Assembly (NCBI GenBank): GCA_963805855.1
Contig: CAWDVW010000007.1
Span: 288,001 to 352,000 of the forward strand
DNA: 64,000 bases
Direction of reading: 5' to 3'
DNA from: Candidatus Dadabacteria bacterium
GTDB taxonomy: Bacteria; Desulfobacterota_D; UBA1144; Nemesobacterales; CSP1-2
Under the pieces are notes generated by a model. That model did no database searches. It was not told the DNA's origin and saw only the letters and a list, made by a program, of their open reading frames with translations. The position numbers were made by a program, and so were the translations under genes. The first letter of the stretch is position 1. Each line of letters begins with the position of its first letter. This document shows, piece by piece, positions 8,684 to 20,124 of the stretch.

Positions 8684-8854
8684 TTCTGACCTTTTACATG
8701 AATATTTAAAATTAGTATTTAACATAAACTATAATTGTACTTTTTGAAACACAAAACATTATTGTTGGAATACGGAATTCTATTGGATTTGCAATTCTGC
8801 TCGTCAATAAATCCCTGCGGTGTATCTATAATCTATTGATATAAAGAGTAGGAC

Positions 8855-9871
8855 GTGAATAACGCCTTTTCGGTTTATAAAGATTATGAAGTCATTGTTT
8901 TAGGTGCTGGTGTATCGGGCTTGACATGCGGCATTCAATTATTGGAAAGGCGATTCAGGGTGCAAATAATCTCCCATTGTGTGCCGCCGCATACCACCTC
9001 TGACATAGCCCCTGCCTATTGGAGCCCTTTTAGGGTATATCCGGGAGGAAGGGTCCTCAATGGGGTAAATATTCATATGAGAAATTTATCAATTTAACTG
9101 CAGAGAACGGTGCCGGAGTTTCTCTAGTTCAATTAATGGAGCTTTATGATCATGAGGTGGCTAATCCTTGGTGGGAAAAGGCGGTACCCGAGTGTGTTCG
9201 CGCAAGTCAGAGTGAGGTTCCTATGGGATTTAAAGATGCATGTCTTGTTGAGGTTCCGCTGATAGAGACTCCGATCTATATGAAATATCTTGTAAGGAGA
9301 TTCAATCACCTAGGGGGGGAAATCCATAAATTGGATAAAAGAATAACTTCAATAAAAGATTTGTATGCAGAGGATGTAGTAATTGTAAATTGCTCAGGTC
9401 TTGGAGCATATGAGGTTTGTGATGATAAAGATGTGTATCCTATTCGTGGACAAATAGTGAGAACAACAAACCCCGGGCTAAGACGTTGCTATCATTACGA
9501 GAGTGCCAAAAATGAAATAACCTACATAGTTCCCAGAACTGAGGATTGCATCCTGGGTGGAACAGCTGAGGAACATAATTGAACTACCGAAATAGAAAAA
9601 CAAACAGCAAAAAAAATACTTCATAATTGCCGGAAAATAGAACCCTCTCTTCATGATGCAAAGGTTTTCGAAAACAGGGTTGGATTGCGCCCCGGTCCGT
9701 AATGAAGTTCGACTCGAAATTGAGAAGGTGTCAAATACAAGTGCAGTAATCCATAATTATGGTCATGGAGGGGCTGGATTTTCATTATCATGGGGATGTG
9801 CGGAGGAGGTAGCCGGATTAGTTGAGCAATTTTCTACTGAAGAGATTAAATCAATTCGGGACAGATATTGA
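8855..9871 (+). pseudogene. D-amino acid oxidase (DAO), three lesions
   Basis: VLGAGVSG, VNCSGLGA, PIRGQ, ILGGT, GLRP, HNYGHGGAGFSLSWGCA; 1-bp deletion ~9060, in-frame TGA 9580-9582, 1-bp insertion ~9698. Confidence 0.85.
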
Positions 9872-9875
9872 GTGT

Positions 9876-11579
9876 TTATCCTTTAAACACTTTTTCATCG
9901 GCTTTGATAAAAGCATTTTTAAAGAGGTGTCTTTTTACTTTTCTTGTTGTCGTTTTTGGGAACTCTTCGAATCTAATTGCAAAATTGCTTATCCTTTTAT
10001 ATGCCTCAAGATCATGATTCATCCTTCTTATCTCGACCTTGATAAGCTCCCAAACATTTTCGTCTGATACTACCAGTCCCGTGGCTTCCAATCTACTACT
10101 CACCTGATCAAAGTCCGGATATATCAAGGCCTGAATGGTCTTGTCATCGGGGCTGAATACCAGCGCTTCTTCAATGTAGTTTGATTTTGTGAGCCTTTCC
10201 TCAAGCTCTTCAGGGGATAAGTTTTTACCTCCGGGGGTTACTATCAGGAATTTTTTTCTACCGGTTATGTAGAGATATCCTTCATCGTCAAAGAATCCGA
10301 TATCTCCTGTATATAGCCACCCGTCTGGTGTCAGGACTTCACTCGTCGCATTTTCGTTCTTGTAGTAGCCCTTCATTATATTGGGGCCACTCACAACAAT
10401 CTCACCATTTCCATCATCGTCCATATCTCTTATTTCGACCTCATCACTTTCTATAATCATTCCAACGCTGTCGTTTTTTGGCTTTGACGGAGGGTTCACA
10501 CTTACAAGAGGAGAAGTCTCGGATAATCCATAGCCCTGAACGATCGGAAATCCAAATTGCTCAAGCCCTCTCGAGACCCAGGAGGGAAGAGATGCACCAC
10601 CACAAATTATTAATTTAATTTTTTCAAGTCCTAATCGTCTCTTTATCTTATTCCCGGCAATCTTTTTTGGTAGGGCTCTTATGAGAATCCCTTTAAGGCC
10701 TACAGTGCTGGAAATTTCTTTATCTATCCTAAGAAAGAGCTTTTCCAAAATCAGCGGGGCGCTTAACCACATGGTGGGAGATGCTACATATAAATCTTCA
10801 AGCATTTCTCTTGGCTTTACGCTTCTGGCATAGAACACACTTGATCCGTTATAGAAAGAGCCTAAAAGCCCACAAGTGCACTCGTAAGAATGATGCAGTG
10901 GGAGAACGGAGAAAGCCCTGTCATCGGGACTTAAGTCAAGAATTTTATACATGTCTTCTACGTTTGACATGACGTTTTTGTGTGTCAGCATCACGCCTTT
11001 TGGGTTACCGGTAGTCCCTGAGGTAAATAGTATTTCAGAAAGCTCCTGCTCCGAAATACTCTTCCTTTCAACGCCCCAAGAATACTTGCTATATATATCG
11101 TCGAAGGTGTCCATCATAATCATGTGTTTCAATCCTTCGAGTTCTTCAAGCATTGGTCGTACATTAGGCAGATAAGGGGCCGATAAAAAAATCGCCTTTG
11201 CTTCTGAATAGCCCAGGATGAACTTATGGCTTTCTATGGATGCTCTTGGATCGAGTGGAACGGCGGTTCCACCAATCCAGGATATTGTTAAGTACGATAT
11301 GCCCCATTCAGGCCTGTTCTCCCCCAGAATTGCGATTTTGTCGCCCTTACCGATACCTAAATCTTTTAGATGTCTGCCGATACGTTTTACATATTCCAGT
11401 ACCTCCCCGTAACTTAATTTATGTATATTGTTGTTTCTTGGCGTTAAATATGCTGTTTTGTCTCCGTACCTATCTACACTATTTTCGATCATTTCGGGTA
11501 TTGATTTGATTCCGTAAGGGCTTCTTACCGTGTGTATTTTTCTGATTGGCTTATTAAATTTCTTCATAATGAATGGCAA
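9876..11579 (-). CDS. long-chain fatty acid-CoA ligase (AMP-binding)
   Basis: FTSGTTGNPKG, QGYGLSET, TGD, GRKK motifs. Confidence 0.9.
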   Translation of the reverse strand: MPFIMKKFNKPIRKIHTVRSPYGIKSIPEMIENSVDRYGDKTAYLTPRNNNIHKLSYGEVLEYVKRIGRHLKDLGIGKGDKIAILGENRPEWGISYLTISWIGGTAVPLDPRASIESHKFILGYSEAKAIFLSAPYLPNVRPMLEELEGLKHMIMMDTFDDIYSKYSWGVERKSISEQELSEILFTSGTTGNPKGVMLTHKNVMSNVEDMYKILDLSPDDRAFSVLPLHHSYECTCGLLGSFYNGSSVFYARSVKPREMLEDLYVASPTMWLSAPLILEKLFLRIDKEISSTVGLKGILIRALPKKIAGNKIKRRLGLEKIKLIICGGASLPSWVSRGLEQFGFPIVQGYGLSETSPLVSVNPPSKPKNDSVGMIIESDEVEIRDMDDDGNGEIVVSGPNIMKGYYKNENATSEVLTPDGWLYTGDIGFFDDEGYLYITGRKKFLIVTPGGKNLSPEELEERLTKSNYIEEALVFSPDDKTIQALIYPDFDQVSSRLEATGLVVSDENVWELIKVEIRRMNHDLEAYKRISNFAIRFEEFPKTTTRKVKRHLFKNAFIKADEKVFKG

Positions 11580-11771
11580 GGCTATATAGAACCAGCATTT
11601 TTTTTAAATAACTTCCGAAGAAGGGTTTTTTAATAGCTGATTTTCAGATAATTAATAAAATCTTTGCATACGTTAATTATCATACTCCTCGGGCTAAGAG
11701 AATATTTATTAAATCTTAATCAAATAATCTTCGTTTGAGAAATAATCATACAGTGTTTAGAATAAGAGGAA

Positions 11772-12854
11772 ATGCCGCTATTCGCACTCATAATGGCAGG
11801 TGGGGAGGGAAAAAGATTTTGGCCTCTGAGCCGGAAGGACAAGCCCAAGCAGTTTCTCAGTCTGATTGGACGAAAATCACTCTTAAGCCAAACCGTTGAG
11901 AGGATTCTCCCATTAATTCCTATTCAAAATATATTTGTGGTCACCGTAGAACGTTATGTTGAAGAAACCCGCACGCATCTACCTGGATTGCCTGCCGAGA
12001 ACATTATCATCGAACCCGAAGGGAAGAATACGGGTCCCTGCATAGCGCTGGGTACTCTTAAGATAAAAAAAATCTCCCCCGATTCTACGATAGTTGTGCT
12101 ACCCGCCGATCATGGGATAGCTGACGATAAGAGTTTTAGAAATGTTATTGAATACGGGCAAAGCATAGCAAACACCATGCTTGCTTCTAACGATTACCCG
12201 CTTGTGACTCTTGGCGTTAAGCCTAGCAAGCCTGAAACAGGGTATGGGTATATAAAGGAATCGACCGAATTAATAGACTCGTCCGGGCGTTATAAAGCCA
12301 AGAGAATTTTGAAGTTTATTGAAAAACCAGATTTAAAAACGGCATCTGATCTGATAAATGAAGGTGGTTATTATTGGAATAGCGGTATATTCATTTGGAA
12401 GACTACGGCTATATTAAAGGAATTCTCTGTGATCCTTCCGGAGTGGTATAGCTATTTTGACCGTATTCTAGACTCTTTTGATAACGAAAATGGTAGCCTT
12501 CTGATTCAGGATTTCTATGGAAACATACAATCCGGCTCGATCGATAAGCTTGTACTTGAGAAGTCAGGAAATAGTGTTGTAATACCTATAGATTTTTCAT
12601 GGAGTGATGTTGGCACCTGGCAGGCCCTGGATGAGTTCCTTAGATCAAATGAAACGGAAAACATCGGCATCGGAAATTGCATTTCATTTGATTCCGCTTC
12701 TTGCCTCTTATTTGCGCAAAGCAGGTTGATTGCCACGGTGGGCGTCAAAAATCTGGTTATAGTAGAAACCGATGACGCAATCCTGGTCTTGGATAAGAAT
12801 AAGGCTCAGGATGTCAAAAGCTTGGTGGCGAAATTAGATATAAAAAACGTTTAA
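11772..12854 (+). CDS. manC: mannose-1-phosphate guanylyltransferase
   Basis: MAGGEGKRFWPLSR..PKQF, EPEGKNT, PETGYGYI, FIEKP, WNSG, WSDVG. Confidence 0.9.
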   Translation: MPLFALIMAGGEGKRFWPLSRKDKPKQFLSLIGRKSLLSQTVERILPLIPIQNIFVVTVERYVEETRTHLPGLPAENIIIEPEGKNTGPCIALGTLKIKKISPDSTIVVLPADHGIADDKSFRNVIEYGQSIANTMLASNDYPLVTLGVKPSKPETGYGYIKESTELIDSSGRYKAKRILKFIEKPDLKTASDLINEGGYYWNSGIFIWKTTAILKEFSVILPEWYSYFDRILDSFDNENGSLLIQDFYGNIQSGSIDKLVLEKSGNSVVIPIDFSWSDVGTWQALDEFLRSNETENIGIGNCISFDSASCLLFAQSRLIATVGVKNLVIVETDDAILVLDKNKAQDVKSLVAKLDIKNV

Positions 12855-13088
12855 GGTAAGGGAGTTAATTGCAAATTCGCGATTAGTTCCCTAAAATATT
12901 CAGTATTATGTCAGGAGTAGAATGTAAGAAGCAACATGAATTATGCAGTTTATCTGAATCTTATTAAGTTGTAATATTGATCACAGCCTTGCGAAATTCA
13001 TTTCCTAAGCGTGTCTTCTATAAAGGGCATCTAAAAAATTGAGTTATTTAACGTAGCGATTGCTTCACCATTCTTGGCTTAAAAGAGC

Positions 13089-13706
13089 ATGAAAAAAGGA
13101 CAGCTATTTATTGTCTCTGGACCCTCAGGCAGTGGAAAGACGACTCTGTCAAAAAAGGTAATCCAGGAAATTAGCAATATAACCTTCGTGGTCTCCTATA
13201 CTACTAGGGAACCCAGACTAGGTGAAAGAGATGGTGTTGATTACAAATTTATTTCAGATAAAGAGTTTGATGACTTAATAGCGAACAGAAGATTATCTGA
13301 ATGGGCGATTGTGCATGGGCATCGCTACGGTACCCCTGTTGACCCAATCGACGAAGCCGCATCATCGGGTATCGATCTTCTTTTAGACATAGATGTACAG
13401 GGGGCCCGAAATATTAGAGCTAAGTATAGTGACGGTGTGTATATTTTTGTCTTACCATCGTCTCTTGATATTTTAAGAAAGAGGTTAATGGAGAGAAAAT
13501 CTGAAGGAGTGATTGAAATTGATGCCAGGCTCGAGGATGCTAGAAAAGAAATACAAGAAGTCGACAATTATGATTATATTATTATAAATGACTTTTTAGC
13601 AGATGCGTCAGAGAAACTTGCCGCGATTATACTTTCTGAGAGATGCAGGAAGGAAAGAGTTTTAAGGGACTCAAAATTAGGATTCTACGAGAAAAGAAGT
13701 GATTAG
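13089..13706 (+). CDS. gmk: guanylate kinase
   Basis: GPSGSGKTT, YTTREPR.GE.DGVDY, YGT, DIDVQGA. Confidence 0.95.
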   Translation: MKKGQLFIVSGPSGSGKTTLSKKVIQEISNITFVVSYTTREPRLGERDGVDYKFISDKEFDDLIANRRLSEWAIVHGHRYGTPVDPIDEAASSGIDLLLDIDVQGARNIRAKYSDGVYIFVLPSSLDILRKRLMERKSEGVIEIDARLEDARKEIQEVDNYDYIIINDFLADASEKLAAIILSERCRKERVLRDSKLGFYEKRSD

Positions 13707-15861
13707 ATTAAATGATATAGTTGAAAAACTGAATTCTTATCTATACCTGCCTGAAAATGACAGGGAGTTTATCAAGAAGGCATACGTCTATTCGGCAAAG
13801 GTTCATGCTGGTCAAAAGAGGAGCTCGGGTGAACCATATCTGAGTCATCCACTTGAAGTAACCGGGATTATAGCGGATATGAAGCTTGATGTCTCATCTG
13901 TGGTAACGGGGCTGCTGCATGATACCGTTGAGGATACGCTTACTACCCTTAACGAAATAGAATCCTTATTTGGCAAAGATATCGCCTTTCTTGTAGACGG
14001 CGTTACAAAGATTAGCCAGCTTCCGTACACCTCTAAGATAGATGAACAGGCGGAGAGTTTCAGGAAATTGATCCTGGCGACGGCAAAAGATATTCGGGTC
14101 GTGCTTATCAAACTTGCCGACAGACTTCACAATATGCGCACTTTAGAACATTTGCCGGATGATCGTCGGAAAAGGATAGCTAAAGAAACGTTTGAAATTT
14201 ATGCTCCATTGGCTCATAGGTTTGGCATCTACTGGGTTAGAACCGAGCTCGAAGATCTGTCCTTCAAGTTTCTGAATCCTGATGAGTATGAAAGGATTTC
14301 CAAACAAATCGACGAGAAAAAGAAGGAGTGGGAGACATATGTTGATGAGGTTAAAAACATACTCATTGCTAAACTCGAAGAGTTCGGGATTAAGGCTGAG
14401 ATTACAGGAAGGTTTAAGCATATTTATGGAATTTTTAATAAAATGAGGGTGCAGAATATCGATTTAGAAAAGGTTTATGATGTAATAGCCTTCCGTCTGA
14501 TCACAGACTCGTTAAGGGATTGCTATGAAGCATTGGGAGCGGTTCATTCCACGTGGAAACCGGTACCGGGAAGATTCAAGGATTTTATTGCCTTGCCTAA
14601 GGTAAATGGATATCAAGCTCTCCACACGACCGTTATTGGTCCCACCGGCGAAAGGATGGAGATACAGATCAGAACGCGGCGTATGCACCAAGTAGCTGAA
14701 TACGGCGTTGCTGCGCATTGGAAATATAAAGAGGGCAAAATCGAAAGCGACGACAGTTATAACCTATACGGAACCCTGAGACAGCTATTAGAATGGAAAG
14801 ACATCAAGGATCCAAATGAATTTTTGGAAGCCATAAAGGGCGAACTTATCTCTCATGGGGTCTATGCATTTACCCCGAAGGGAGATTTGAAGGAGCTTCC
14901 GGTTGGGGCAACTCCTGTTGATTTTGCCTACTCTATTCATACAGAGATCGGCAACAAATGCACCAGAGCTGTCGTTAATGGGAAACTGGTGCCCCTGGAT
15001 TACAGATTAAAGAGCGGGGATACGGTTGAAATTGTCACGTCCCCGGAGAAGCACCCAACCCGGGATTGGCTCAAGTTTGTCTCATCGTCACGCGCAAAAA
15101 ACAAAATTCGGTCATGGCTTAGGAATGAGGAAACTAAACAGTCTCGACTTGTTGGTAAATCAATTAGTGAAAGAAAATTCAAGCAGCATGGTCTCGATTT
15201 TCAAAAAATGCTGAAAAATGGAGAACTCAGTGACGCGCTCTCAGAACTCACATTTAAAGAGGTCGAGGATTTCTTTCTTGCCGTTGGTTTTGGAAAAGTT
15301 TCCGTGGCTGATCTCCTTAAACGCTTAGATACAAAGGTTAAGTTGGAACAGCCGCCCGACAAGGAATCCAGAATTGATAGAATAATTAAAACGATTACAC
15401 GTTCTACAGACGGTGGTGTTTTAGTTAAGGGGTACGATGACGTTATGATAAAATTTGCCCTATGTTGCTCACCCCTGCCCGGAGAGGAGATCCTTGGGTA
15501 TATAACTAGGGGTCGGGGTATTACCATTCATAAGCATGACTGCTCGCAGCTCCTCGACGTTGATCCGGTGAGAAGGATCGAGGTTGAGTGGGATAGGAGC
15601 TACAAGGGATTTCGACCCGCGAAAATCTTGGTGACTTGCAGTGATCGCCCTGGTATGTTATCTAATATCACAAACTCAATTTCCACCTCTGATATCAACA
15701 TCTCGAGAGCCGAAATGCACTCAACCGATGTCGATAGTGCTATTGGGACGTTTGATATAGTCGTATCGGACCTTCATCAACTCGAGAGTGTCATGAAATC
15801 TATAAAGAAAGTTAAAGGCGTAATTTCAGTGGAGAGGATAGTTGGAGGCGATGAACTTTGA
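13699..15861 (+). CDS. rel: bifunctional (p)ppGpp synthetase/hydrolase (RelA/SpoT)
   Basis: HD domain LLHDTVED, KLADRLHNMRT, GYQALHT, TGS and ACT domains. Confidence 0.95.
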   Translation: MIRLNDIVEKLNSYLYLPENDREFIKKAYVYSAKVHAGQKRSSGEPYLSHPLEVTGIIADMKLDVSSVVTGLLHDTVEDTLTTLNEIESLFGKDIAFLVDGVTKISQLPYTSKIDEQAESFRKLILATAKDIRVVLIKLADRLHNMRTLEHLPDDRRKRIAKETFEIYAPLAHRFGIYWVRTELEDLSFKFLNPDEYERISKQIDEKKKEWETYVDEVKNILIAKLEEFGIKAEITGRFKHIYGIFNKMRVQNIDLEKVYDVIAFRLITDSLRDCYEALGAVHSTWKPVPGRFKDFIALPKVNGYQALHTTVIGPTGERMEIQIRTRRMHQVAEYGVAAHWKYKEGKIESDDSYNLYGTLRQLLEWKDIKDPNEFLEAIKGELISHGVYAFTPKGDLKELPVGATPVDFAYSIHTEIGNKCTRAVVNGKLVPLDYRLKSGDTVEIVTSPEKHPTRDWLKFVSSSRAKNKIRSWLRNEETKQSRLVGKSISERKFKQHGLDFQKMLKNGELSDALSELTFKEVEDFFLAVGFGKVSVADLLKRLDTKVKLEQPPDKESRIDRIIKTITRSTDGGVLVKGYDDVMIKFALCCSPLPGEEILGYITRGRGITIHKHDCSQLLDVDPVRRIEVEWDRSYKGFRPAKILVTCSDRPGMLSNITNSISTSDINISRAEMHSTDVDSAIGTFDIVVSDLHQLESVMKSIKKVKGVISVERIVGGDEL

Positions 15862-15942
15862 GGATGATGATATAATGTTGGTTGGCATGATCCGCTTAGT
15901 ATTGAAACCATAAACTTACCTATATATACTCAATGTCTTTAG

Positions 15943-16872
15943 ATGATTAATTTTTGGTCGAGAGAGTACAGGGTTAGAAGAAAGGCGAGGCAAGTATATT
16001 CTGAAACAAAGAATCTGTATGAGAATAACATGCCAAAGCTTCAACCTGAAATTGCGCGACGTATTAAAGAGAACCTTGGCCGGACAGAGCTTGCCATCAG
16101 TAATGGTAATGTATCAGAGATTAAGTTAAGGACCGACGAGCTTGCGAGCGTAAATAAGGAGCATCTATCAAAGTTTGGAAAGTCAAAATTAAGGCAGAAT
16201 GTCGAGGCACTGCTATTTGCAGTTGTTCTGGCATTAATTATCAGAACATTTATAGTACAGCCGTTTAAAATTCCATCCGGCTCTATGATACCCACTCTCC
16301 TTGTTGGTGACCATCTCTTGGTGAGTAAATTCATGTATGGGACCAAGATCCCCTTTTCAGATAAAGTAGTTTTACCCCTGAGGGGAATAAAACATGGCGA
16401 TGTAATAGTTTTCAGGTATCCAAACAATGAACATGATCCATCGAAGTCTGGCCTCCATTATATAAAGCGGGTGGTTGGTCTCCCTGGCGACAAGATTGAT
16501 GTAGATGGGAGGAACGTGATAATCAATGGAGAGGAAGTGCCTCTTACCTACGTGGGTAATTACCAGGACGAAAGATTTGGAACTACATATGACAAATATC
16601 AAGAAGATCTACTTGGTAAAAAACATATCGTGATATATGAGAAGGGACGCGATTATACTCAAAGGGGTAATCTACCTGTGGTAGTGCCTCCGGGGCATGT
16701 GTTTGTCATGGGCGACAATAGGGATAATAGTCAGGACAGTAGGTTCTGGGGATTCGTTCCTATTCATAACATCGAAGGTGACGCTTTTATAACGCACTGG
16801 TCTTGGGATTTCGATAGTAACAGCTTTTTGAACAAGGTTAGATGGGACAGGATATTCTCCCTAATAAAATAG
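15943..16872 (+). CDS. lepB: signal peptidase I with N-terminal extension
   Basis: PSGSMIPTLLVGD, YIKRVVGLPGD, GDNRDNSQDSRFWG. Confidence 0.95.
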   Translation: MINFWSREYRVRRKARQVYSETKNLYENNMPKLQPEIARRIKENLGRTELAISNGNVSEIKLRTDELASVNKEHLSKFGKSKLRQNVEALLFAVVLALIIRTFIVQPFKIPSGSMIPTLLVGDHLLVSKFMYGTKIPFSDKVVLPLRGIKHGDVIVFRYPNNEHDPSKSGLHYIKRVVGLPGDKIDVDGRNVIINGEEVPLTYVGNYQDERFGTTYDKYQEDLLGKKHIVIYEKGRDYTQRGNLPVVVPPGHVFVMGDNRDNSQDSRFWGFVPIHNIEGDAFITHWSWDFDSNSFLNKVRWDRIFSLIK

Positions 16873-16913
16873 GCAAACTATGGATATCATGATCTTGCTG
16901 GAGGACAAATAAC

Positions 16914-17264
16914 ATGAGTATTAAACTTATGTTCTGGCTTTTGGTGATCGTTATTGCTCTTTACGTAGGATTCAAGGTAGTTCCCATATACTATAGGGGT
17001 GTTATAGGCTTAAGGGGGTTGTGCAAGGAAAATGCAGATGTTTATCATAAGTATGGACCTAAATATATCTCAAACGCACTTAACGAACAGCTCACCCGAG
17101 CGGGCATACCACCCGGTAAAGGGAAATACTCCATAACCCGCACAGAAAACGCTGTAGTAATTACAATAACATACCATGATAGAGCAGATTTCTTTGGTCG
17201 GTATAGAAAGGATTTTGATTTCCGCTATAAATGTGAAGGGGTCCTCGGAAGCGTTTACAATTAG
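16914..17264 (+). CDS. membrane-anchored protein, DUF4845-like
   Basis: N-terminal TM followed by GFKVVPIYY; lies directly after lepB as DUF4845 genes often do. Confidence 0.55.
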   Translation: MSIKLMFWLLVIVIALYVGFKVVPIYYRGVIGLRGLCKENADVYHKYGPKYISNALNEQLTRAGIPPGKGKYSITRTENAVVITITYHDRADFFGRYRKDFDFRYKCEGVLGSVYN

Positions 17265-17273
17265 TAATAGATA

Positions 17274-17807
17274 ATGGCTAAAAAAGTTATTATGGATTCG
17301 GAGACAATTGCTCAAACTGTTTCCCGAATTACGGATGAAATAATTTCTAGGAATCGCGATTCCGGACAATTAGTCGTTGTTGGAATTAGGACCCGTGGAA
17401 TATATCTAGCCCAGAGATTAGCCGAACAGGTCAGGAGTGTAACTGGTATAAAACCGCCTTTAGGTACTCTTGATATAAGTCTTTATAGGGACGACCTGCA
17501 GATTAAACGCGAGTGGCCCGAGTTAAAGAAAACGGACATACCTTTCACAATAGATCGAAAGACCGTTATCCTGGTCGATGATGTTATTTTCACCGGGAGA
17601 ACATCTAGGGCAGCAATTGAAGCCATCATGGATTTTGGTAGGCCTTCTTCCATTCAGCTTGCTGTTCTTGTGGATAGGGGCCATAGAGAATTACCGATAC
17701 AGCCGGACTACGTAGGGAATAGAATCAATACAAATAAGGATGAGAAAGTTAAGGTTCTCCTCGATGAAACTGACGGGAAGGACGAAGTGCTAGTAAATAA
17801 AGGGTAA
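17274..17807 (+). CDS. pyrR: pyrimidine regulatory protein / UPRT
   Basis: [35 protein letters not shown]. Confidence 0.95.
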   Translation: MAKKVIMDSETIAQTVSRITDEIISRNRDSGQLVVVGIRTRGIYLAQRLAEQVRSVTGIKPPLGTLDISLYRDDLQIKREWPELKKTDIPFTIDRKTVILVDDVIFTGRTSRAAIEAIMDFGRPSSIQLAVLVDRGHRELPIQPDYVGNRINTNKDEKVKVLLDETDGKDEVLVNKG

Positions 17808-17809
17808 AA

Positions 17810-18739
17810 ATGGGTTTCCATAGAAAGCACATCTTGGGGCTCGAAGAACTCACGGCAGAAGAGATCAATACTATTCTCGATACGGCTGCGTCCATGAAAG
17901 AGGTTTCAGAGCGTGATGTTAAAAAGGTACCTGCTCTCAAGGGTTTAACGGTCGTCAATCTTTTTTTTGAGCCTAGCACTAGGACGAGATCGTCTTTTGA
18001 GATTGCCGAGAAAAGGCTCAGCGCCGATGTCTTAAACTTTACACCTGATCAGAGCAGCGTTGTGAAAGGGGAAACCCTGCTCGACACTGCCAGAAACCTC
18101 GAAGCGATGGGAGCTGGCATAATTGTGATCAGGCACTCAATGTCAGGCGCACCGTGGCTACTGGCTAGAGAACTTAAATCATCAATAATAAATGCTGGAG
18201 ATGGTTCCCATGAGCATCCAAGCCAAGCATTACTAGATTTATTTACAATTAAGCGAATAAGAGGAGATATAAGAGGGCTTCGAGTGGTAATAGTAGGTGA
18301 TATCAGGCACAGCAGGGTCGCTAGGTCGGACATTTGGGGTTTTCTAAAGCTTGGAGCCGAGGTAAGAGTTGTTGGTCCCCCAACGCTAATCCCAAAGGAG
18401 ATAGAGGACATTGATGTAAGGGTATTTTACAAACTTGAAGAAGCTCTAAAAGATGCGGATGTCGTAATCATGCTTCGTATTCAAAAAGAGAGACAGGAGT
18501 CAATGTTCTTTCCTTCCCTCAGGGAATATTCGAAGTTGCATGGCCTTAGTCACGAGAAGTTGAAACAAGCAAATGATAAAGTAATTGTGATGCACCCGGG
18601 ACCGATAAACAGGGGGGTCGAATTATCTTCAGAGGTGGCTGACGATGTGAATTCGGTAATTTTAGATCAGGTGTCAAATGGAATTGCTGTCAGAATGGCA
18701 ATGCTTTACCTTGTGGCTTCCGGGGGAAGAAACGTATGA
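17810..18739 (+). CDS. pyrB: aspartate carbamoyltransferase
   Basis: [31 protein letters not shown]. Confidence 0.97.
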   Translation: MGFHRKHILGLEELTAEEINTILDTAASMKEVSERDVKKVPALKGLTVVNLFFEPSTRTRSSFEIAEKRLSADVLNFTPDQSSVVKGETLLDTARNLEAMGAGIIVIRHSMSGAPWLLARELKSSIINAGDGSHEHPSQALLDLFTIKRIRGDIRGLRVVIVGDIRHSRVARSDIWGFLKLGAEVRVVGPPTLIPKEIEDIDVRVFYKLEEALKDADVVIMLRIQKERQESMFFPSLREYSKLHGLSHEKLKQANDKVIVMHPGPINRGVELSSEVADDVNSVILDQVSNGIAVRMAMLYLVASGGRNV

Positions 18740-20019
18740 AGATACTTTTAAAAGCAGGGCGCATCATCGATCCTTCCGAGAAACTTGATATAGTTGGAAA
18801 CCTACTTATAGAGGACGGTAAAATAAGGGGTTACCCGTCAGAAACCAAAACAATTGAAAAAGATAAGAAGGTTAAAATAATCGATGCTTCGGGGAAAACT
18901 GTTTCGCCTGGATTTGTAGACCTCCATGTGCATATGAGAGAGCCTGGTTTTGAGCACAAAGAAACCATTATGACCGTTTGCGAAGCCGGAGCCGCTGGAG
19001 GGTTTACTTCGTTAGTATGTATGCCGAACACTAATCCGGTTAATGATAACGCAACCGTAACGGAATACATTCTGCTCAAAGCTCGGAAGGAGGGAATAGT
19101 GAACGTATTCCCCATTGGAGCTATTACAAAGGGCGAGGCTGGAGAATCTCTGGCGCAGATTGGTGAGATGTATGAGGCTGGTTGTGTCGCAATCTCGGAT
19201 GACGGGTTTCCGGTCATGAACTCAAGAGTTATGAGGCATGCAATGGAATATGTAAAGGCGTTTGATATTCCAGTAATTTCACATGCTGAGGATTTAAACC
19301 TTTCTGGTGGCGGAGTTATGAATGAGGGACACGTTTCTAATAAGCTTGGCCTTAGAGGAATACCAAATGCGTCTGAGGAAATAATGGTTGCCAGAGATAT
19401 CACCCTGGCGAAGCTTACAGGGGCTCGCCTTCATATCGCTCATGTTTCCGCCGCTGGTTCGGTTCAGCTTATAAGAGATGCGAAAGCTAGAGGAGTTAAA
19501 GTTACGGCGGAGGCTACCCCACACCATTTTATGTTAACTGATGAAGCTATTCTTGACTATGATACAAATGCTAAGGTTAATCCTCCAATTAGGGCCAAGG
19601 AGGATGTTGATGCGATAAGAGAAGGTTTAAAGGATGGCACCATAGATGTGATAGCGACTGATCATGCCCCTCATACTGAAGATGAGAAAAAGGTAGAGTT
19701 TGATCTTGCGCCCTTCGGTATTTCAGGACTTGAGACGGCTCTGCCGCTATCTTTAAAACTTGTCGAAGAAGATGTTTTGAGTCTACCCGAAGTGATTCAG
19801 AAACTCGCATTTAACCCGGCTCAAATAGTAAAGATTGGGAGGGGGACGTTGAAAGTTGGCTCTGTGGCTGATGTTGTGATTTTTGACCCGGATAACGTTT
19901 TTATCGTTGATAGAATGAAATTTCGTTCTAAAGGAAAAAATTCTCCCTTCCATGGATGGAGGCTATCCGGTCGTGTTGAATACACAATTGTTGGCGGAAA
20001 GGTAGTGTATACATCCTAG
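18736..20019 (+). CDS. pyrC: dihydroorotase
   Basis: [21 protein letters not shown]. Confidence 0.95.
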   Translation: MKILLKAGRIIDPSEKLDIVGNLLIEDGKIRGYPSETKTIEKDKKVKIIDASGKTVSPGFVDLHVHMREPGFEHKETIMTVCEAGAAGGFTSLVCMPNTNPVNDNATVTEYILLKARKEGIVNVFPIGAITKGEAGESLAQIGEMYEAGCVAISDDGFPVMNSRVMRHAMEYVKAFDIPVISHAEDLNLSGGGVMNEGHVSNKLGLRGIPNASEEIMVARDITLAKLTGARLHIAHVSAAGSVQLIRDAKARGVKVTAEATPHHFMLTDEAILDYDTNAKVNPPIRAKEDVDAIREGLKDGTIDVIATDHAPHTEDEKKVEFDLAPFGISGLETALPLSLKLVEEDVLSLPEVIQKLAFNPAQIVKIGRGTLKVGSVADVVIFDPDNVFIVDRMKFRSKGKNSPFHGWRLSGRVEYTIVGGKVVYTS

Positions 20020-20124
20020 TATTTCCAACTTCCAGTCATAACTTTTATAACCATATTATATTTCCCTCTTCAATATTGTCTTAACTACGAAATTCCCTAC
20101 AGTTTGCTACGAGGGTACCGATGT

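Noticed and set aside
9580-9582. TGA recoding (genetic code 4/25 or selenocysteine)
   Set aside because: TGA is the normal stop of rel, rplK, rplL, rpoB and rpoC, and the gene has other lesions.
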